NCBI RefSeq assembly: GCF_036323395.1
Contig: NZ_AP028907.1
Location: 1,230,001 to 1,262,000, forward strand
Direction: 5' to 3'
Source of the DNA: Pyrodictium abyssi
GTDB taxonomy: Archaea; Thermoproteota; Thermoprotei_A; Sulfolobales; Pyrodictiaceae
Length of the DNA stretch: 32,000 nucleotides
Notes under the pieces: model-generated
Database searches by the model: none
What the model was told of the DNA's origin: nothing
Seen by the model: only the letters and a program-made list of their open reading frames with translations
Translations under genes and position numbers: made by a program
Shown here: one piece after another, positions 27,789 through 32,000 of the stretch
Numbering within the stretch: the first letter of the stretch is position 1
Layout: each line of letters opens with the position of its first letter

Positions 27789-28205
27789 TCACCAGGGCAG
27801 CCCTAGCTCCACTCTTCTCCCGTCCCCTTGGCGGGGAAGCTGGATTATCAGCGCTTGGTCTCTGCATTCTCTCCGCGAGGCCGCTGCTGCCTCCTCGTGG
27901 CTCGGGTAGACGCCTACTAGGCGCCCGTTGCACAGGAGGGCGTATCCCTTCTGGCCTTCTAGTAGCTGTGGGTTCTCTTCGAGTACTCTAAGGTTTTCCT
28001 GGTAGGCTTGTTCGAGGCGTGCCCAGAGGCGGGCTTCCTCGTAGTCTCCTCTGCTCTCTATCCACAGCCTAACGGCCTCCTCGAATATGGAGGTTACCGT
28101 CCTGCCCTCGAGCGATGCATAGGCCTTGACAAGCCGGTAAAGCTCCTCGTCGAAGTTCTTGACCGCTACTAGCCTTGTTCTACGCAGGCTTCTAGACCCA
28201 GCCAA
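27789..28205 (-). CDS. Ribbon-helix-helix-like protein with C-terminal DUF5678-like module
   Basis: FDEELYRLVKAYASLEGRTVTSIFEEAVRLWIES (RHH-like) followed by NPQLLEGQKGYALLCNGRLVGVYPSHEEAAAASR; 7 bp upstream of the protease. Confidence 0.65.
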   Translation of the reverse strand: MAGSRSLRRTRLVAVKNFDEELYRLVKAYASLEGRTVTSIFEEAVRLWIESRGDYEEARLWARLEQAYQENLRVLEENPQLLEGQKGYALLCNGRLVGVYPSHEEAAAASRRECRDQALIIQLPRQGDGRRVELGLPW

Positions 28206-28310
28206 TCTAGTTAACCCGGTTAAACCAGATGCACCGGCTAGTCTTAAGCCTTGGGGTTGAAGCCGCTACGCCATAGCCCATAGCGCGTGGACTAGAGCCG
28301 TGAACGTCGT

Positions 28311-29682
28311 CTACAGCTTCTCCGCGATCTCTCTGGCTACTGCTTCTATGCGTCTCCGGTATCTCTGGAGGGCGTTTAGCAGTGCTTCGGGGCCTCCCTT
28401 GGCTAGTAGTTTTTCCCGGACCGCGTGGGAGGCTGCTGCCTCTGGGTTCTCTAGTATCTGCTCGAGGCTGTCTGCTAGGCTTGCCATGGCCAGGTTCCAG
28501 CGGAGGTAGTTCCTCACCTTCTCCTCGCCGTGCCTGGCGGCTGCTGCCCGTAGCGCTTCTGAGAGCCTGGTGTAGGCCTTTACCAGCTTCCGGTACTCCT
28601 CCCTGTACCTGGAGGCGAAGCTGGCGAAGGGCGTGCCTTCTAGGAGGGGGAGCAGGTCGTCTATCCTCCCTGCCGCGGCTAGCCGGGCTATGCGGCGGTA
28701 CATGCTCCTGCGGGTCGCCTCGTCTACCTCTGCTGCTCCTAGGAGGCTCTGGAGCACGTACCTCCGGTTCTTGATCTTCAGCATGTAGTTCCACCAGGGA
28801 AAGCCCAGATAGGTCTCGCCCGGGAAGAGGACGACTATCCCCTCGCCGCCCAGCTCCTCGGCAGCCCTAACCAGCTCCTGGATGGTCTCTGCCTCTACCC
28901 GGCGTGGCCTGGGGAAGCCCGTGTCTGGAGCGTGTAGCACACCTCCATAGTGTCGTGCCTCCTCGCTGCAAGGAGGTAGACTCTCCACCGGGGGTCGCCG
29001 GGCGGAGCCTCGAGCTCCCTCCCTAGGCACCGGCTAAGCAGGGCACCCGGCGTTCACAAGCTCGAACATCACCGTGGTGTCCTCCTTTACGAGGCTCTCG
29101 AGCTCCCAGCCCGCCACCCTTTACAGCCGCCAGGAGTCTCTCGACGTAGAGGTTCCGTGCTGCAGGCGGCCGGTGTAGGCTCCCCCGGGTGCTTAGGAGC
29201 AGCTCACCGGTATCCGGGTCGCGGTACGCTGCCACCAGTGTGCCGTCCAGCTTCTCGGTGGCCACGAACCCGGCTCCGGGTATCCTGGAGCACTCCCGGC
29301 ACTCACGGTAGTTGAAGAACTTGGCAAAGGGCATTGCGGGCTGCTTCACCGCGCCGCCGGGGTAGTGGCGCACCACGGCCCCACGCGCAGCCGCTAGTAT
29401 GAGTCTTCGGAGATAGTCCCGGGGCTGCAGGCTGTACTTGTAGAGCAGGATACACTCCTTGCCGGAGGGGAGGAGGCACCGCCTGCTCCACATGCGGTTG
29501 ACAGCAGCCATAGCCCTGCGGATCTCGTCTAGGCCCGCCCCTGGGCCGGCTCCTACTAGCCGGGCTAGGAGGCCCTGCTCGCCGCTACTGAGCCCCTCTA
29601 GGTCCCTATAGTACACCTCGAAGGGCATGAGCAAGGGCCGGCTACACCTCCGGGCCAGCGCCCTCGGGTCCATGTACGGCAC
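28311..29682 (-). pseudogene. T4 Rnl1-like RNA ligase split by three apparent frameshifts
   Basis: MPFAKFFNYRE...GFVATEKLDGTLVAAYRDPDTGELLLSTRGSLHRP (motif I); then KEDTTVMFELVNAGCPA* in a second frame; then GDPRWRVYLLAARRHDTMEVCYT in a third; then TGFPRPRRVEAETIQELVRAAEELGGEGIVVLFPG...YMLKIKNRRYV (motifs IV/V). Breaks near 29115, 29035 and 28935. Confidence 0.8.
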
Positions 29683-29865
29683 AGTGTAGGGCCGAAGGGC
29701 GGCACAGGCTCTCTGCCGATACTGCTACAGCACAGCTCCTAAAGAGGGCCTCTGAGCCCCCGAGGCTGGCAAGAGACACGTCATAAGCCGGTACAGCAGC
29801 GCTGCATACACGATGCCGCCCTGGAAGGGCCGGGCAGGCTCCCGGGAGAGGCGTCTTTAGCCCTC

Positions 29866-30879
29866 GTGGCGGTGTACCGGGGGCTGGGGGGCTGGCTGTT
29901 CTCCTTGCTCCCGCGGTTCGTGGATCGTGTCGAGGAGCTGCGTAGGCTTGAGGCCTACGCGCTGGAGGGGTACTACCCGGTACTCTACCTCTACGGGCCC
30001 GAGGGCTGCGGCAAGACCCGGCTCCTCCGGGAGCTCCACCAGGTGCTGAAGCAGCGCGGCGACGTGGTAGCGGTCTACGTGGATGCTCAGAGCACGTCGG
30101 GGCCCTGGGAGGCTGTGGAGGCCCCTCCGGAGCTGGCCCGGCTCCTCGCGGAGGCTGCTGCGGAGTATGCTGGGCCCCCGGGCCGGGCGGCTGCGCTGGC
30201 TCTGCTCCGCGTCCTCGGCCGGGTCCGGGAGCGGCTCGTCCGCGGCAAGCACGTCGTGGTGCTCGTGGACGATGTGGCGCGCCCCCTGGGGCTAGAGAGG
30301 GTAGAGGCCTACACGAAGAGCCTCTTAGACCTCGTGGAGAGGCTCCAGGCCCAGGGCGCTGCGAGCGTGCTAGCCCTGGCGACTACGAGCGAGGCGGCGA
30401 GCCGCAGCATCTTGGCGAGGCACAGCCACGCCTCGCTAGCCCAGCTCTGGAACCTGGGCCCCGAGGCCTTCGAGGAGCTACTAGAGGTCCTCAGCGCGCC
30501 CCGCCACGTGCGGGAGCAGGCATGGAGGCTGCTGGGCGGCAACCCCCGGCTAGCCCTAGCCCTCCGTGCGAGAGGCTGGAGGGCTGAGAGGCTCATAGAG
30601 GACACGTATCCCCGTGTACGCGCCCTCCTCGAGGAGCTCCCCAGGAGCCTCCTCCGGGGCCTAGAGGAGGCCGTAGAGGACCCGGACGCCCTGAGGGAGA
30701 ACCAGGAGCTACGCCGACACCTCGTCGAGGCGAACCTCGCCACGCCGGTGGAGAGGCCATGCCTAGGCTACACGCCCCCGCCCGACCCCGAGCAGGGGGT
30801 GGGCAGGAGCTACGTCTGGCAGACACCGCTATACCGGATACTCGCCAAAAAGTACCTAGAAGAAGCGGGGAAGCCATGA
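29866..30879 (+). CDS. Archaeal P-loop ATPase, paralog of 4914-5954
   Basis: Contains RFVDRVEELRRLEAY, YLYGPEGCGKTRLLRELH, HVVVLVDDVARPLGLERVEAYTKSLL, AWRLLGGNPRLAL. Confidence 0.8.
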   Translation: MAVYRGLGGWLFSLLPRFVDRVEELRRLEAYALEGYYPVLYLYGPEGCGKTRLLRELHQVLKQRGDVVAVYVDAQSTSGPWEAVEAPPELARLLAEAAAEYAGPPGRAAALALLRVLGRVRERLVRGKHVVVLVDDVARPLGLERVEAYTKSLLDLVERLQAQGAASVLALATTSEAASRSILARHSHASLAQLWNLGPEAFEELLEVLSAPRHVREQAWRLLGGNPRLALALRARGWRAERLIEDTYPRVRALLEELPRSLLRGLEEAVEDPDALRENQELRRHLVEANLATPVERPCLGYTPPPDPEQGVGRSYVWQTPLYRILAKKYLEEAGKP

Positions 30880-31096
30880 ACCCTCTCCACCCGCCGCAGC
30901 TACGGCGTGCCGAGCCACTCCTCCTAATGGATCTACGTGAACAGGACTCGCCATGCAGCCAGAGCCGGTGCCTTGGAGCACCCTTCAGCCCGGGCAGCGG
31001 CTAGCGCACCGGCATCCCATATGCCGTACATGATGGGTTGCAGGGATGAAGGCCAGCACTGCACGGCGCCACCGCTATACATGCTGTGAGCCCGGC

Positions 31097-31491
31097 CTAG
31101 CATGTAAGCTTGTTTATGAGCTGCTTGGCCTCCTGCAGGAAGCCCTCTAGGCTGGGTTCCTCTAGGGGCTCTACTCTGCCGCCTACATGCTTGTAGTGGG
31201 GAAACGTGGCGCCTCAGCGTGGCGGGGCGCATTGTTATACCGTAGCGCATCTACATGCACACTATCCTTATCGCCGCTACCATACCCCGTTATGACTAGC
31301 TGGTACCCATAGCCTATTAGGCGGCCGCTTCTCCAGACTTCTCTGGCCTCGAGCAGCGCTCGCCTATCCACGCGGAGCCTCAGCCGTAGGACGAATGTTT
31401 CTCTGCCAGCCCTTGTCTTCACGCCGGGTAGCCGCGCTTCCGGGAAATACCTCCTCACCAGGCCTACTATGTACTCTATCCTCGGCTTCAT
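31097..31491 (-). pseudogene. TumE/DUF6516-like toxin with one C-terminal frameshift
   Basis: SGRLIGYGYQLVITGYGSGDKDSVHVDALRYNNAPRHAEAP, then in the next frame FPHYKHVGGRVEPLEEPSLEGFLQEAKQLINKLTC*; switch near 31200. Confidence 0.7.
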
Positions 31492-31496
31492 GCTGC

Positions 31497-31808
31497 TTAC
31501 CTCAGCCTGGAAAGCACCTTCTCTATATTCTCTACCTCCTCAACAATCTCTTCCCGGGCCAACGCTAGCCCGTGCCACTCTACGGCATCCAGGTCGGCTT
31601 CTTCGGGAAGCCTCCACTCCCCTCTAGCCCTGGCACACTCCTCGTACATCCTCATAAACTCCCTAGTCGGCATACCATACCGCTCCTCATACTCCCGTAG
31701 CTCCGCCTCGACCCTCTGAAGCCTCTTCCTTAGCCTCTCCAGCTCCCGCTCAAGAGCAGCAATCACTGATCCTATCTCCCTCCTCTCTAGCCTAACCTCA
31801 ATAGCCAC
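31497..31808 (-). CDS. Coiled-coil antitoxin partner of the TumE-like toxin
   Basis: VIAALERELERLRKRLQRVEAELREYEERYGMPTREFMRMYE...DLDAVEWHGLALAREEIVEEVENIEK; ends 5 bp before the toxin ORF. Confidence 0.65.
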   Translation of the reverse strand: MAIEVRLERREIGSVIAALERELERLRKRLQRVEAELREYEERYGMPTREFMRMYEECARARGEWRLPEEADLDAVEWHGLALAREEIVEEVENIEKVLSRLR

Positions 31809-32000
31809 TAAGGAGCCCCAGGAGCACTAGAATAACGGCTACCAGGGCTAAATAGCGCCACTACCCAGGATACTGTAGAGGATGGCCATACACCGTGGAG
31901 GCTCTAGACCCCGTAGATAGCGTGAAAACAGTACTGTGTGTCAGGGCCCGCAGCCCCGTTCCGAAGGACGGGGGAAGTTAAGGCGGCCATCATGGCAGCC

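Noticed and set aside
1-32000. CRISPR array
   Set aside because: No regularly spaced direct repeats were seen when reading through the window; no cas-like proteins either.
1-32000. tRNA genes
   Set aside because: No GGTTCGAATCC-like T-arm with matching acceptor pairing was noticed in intergenic regions; a tRNAscan run would be decisive.
1-32000. Transposase or IS element with terminal inverted repeats
   Set aside because: No DDE, serine or IS200/IS605-type transposase motif was recognised, and no paired terminal repeats were noticed around the decayed genes.

Overview
GC-rich archaeal chromosome segment. Gene content and codon style suggest a hyperthermophilic crenarchaeon of the Pyrodictium/Hyperthermus type (inference). 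The backbone is a purine biosynthesis region. A compact minus-strand run reads, in transcription order, purC-purS-purQ-purL-purF-(purF-like paralog)-purD-purT (about 23746 down to 14529), and purM lies separately at 5951-7012. Around it are an M32 carboxypeptidase, a DsbA-like secreted/anchored protein, a PFL-activase-like radical SAM protein, two paralogous archaeal P-loop ATPases about 25 kb apart, a DUF234-type archaeal ATPase, large membrane proteins, an RHH/DUF5678-like protein with a DTGF-type clan AA aspartic protease, and at least four toxin-antitoxin-like modules (MntA/HepT; PIN + AF2212-like; VapB/VapC; TumE/TumA-like). Main observations: (1) the PurF paralog has lost the N-terminal nucleophile Cys and other glutaminase motifs and has an altered PRPP loop; (2) many accessory genes (three toxins, one antitoxin, a DUF89 phosphatase, a T4 Rnl1-like RNA ligase, an OB-like protein, a small TM protein) are each split by one or more frameshifts, while the metabolic genes are intact; (3) the conserved PurC N-terminus lies upstream of the ORF-track start with no in-frame ATG/GTG/TTG. 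No CRISPR array or complete tRNA/rRNA was found. All assignments come from reading motifs by eye; no database search was run.
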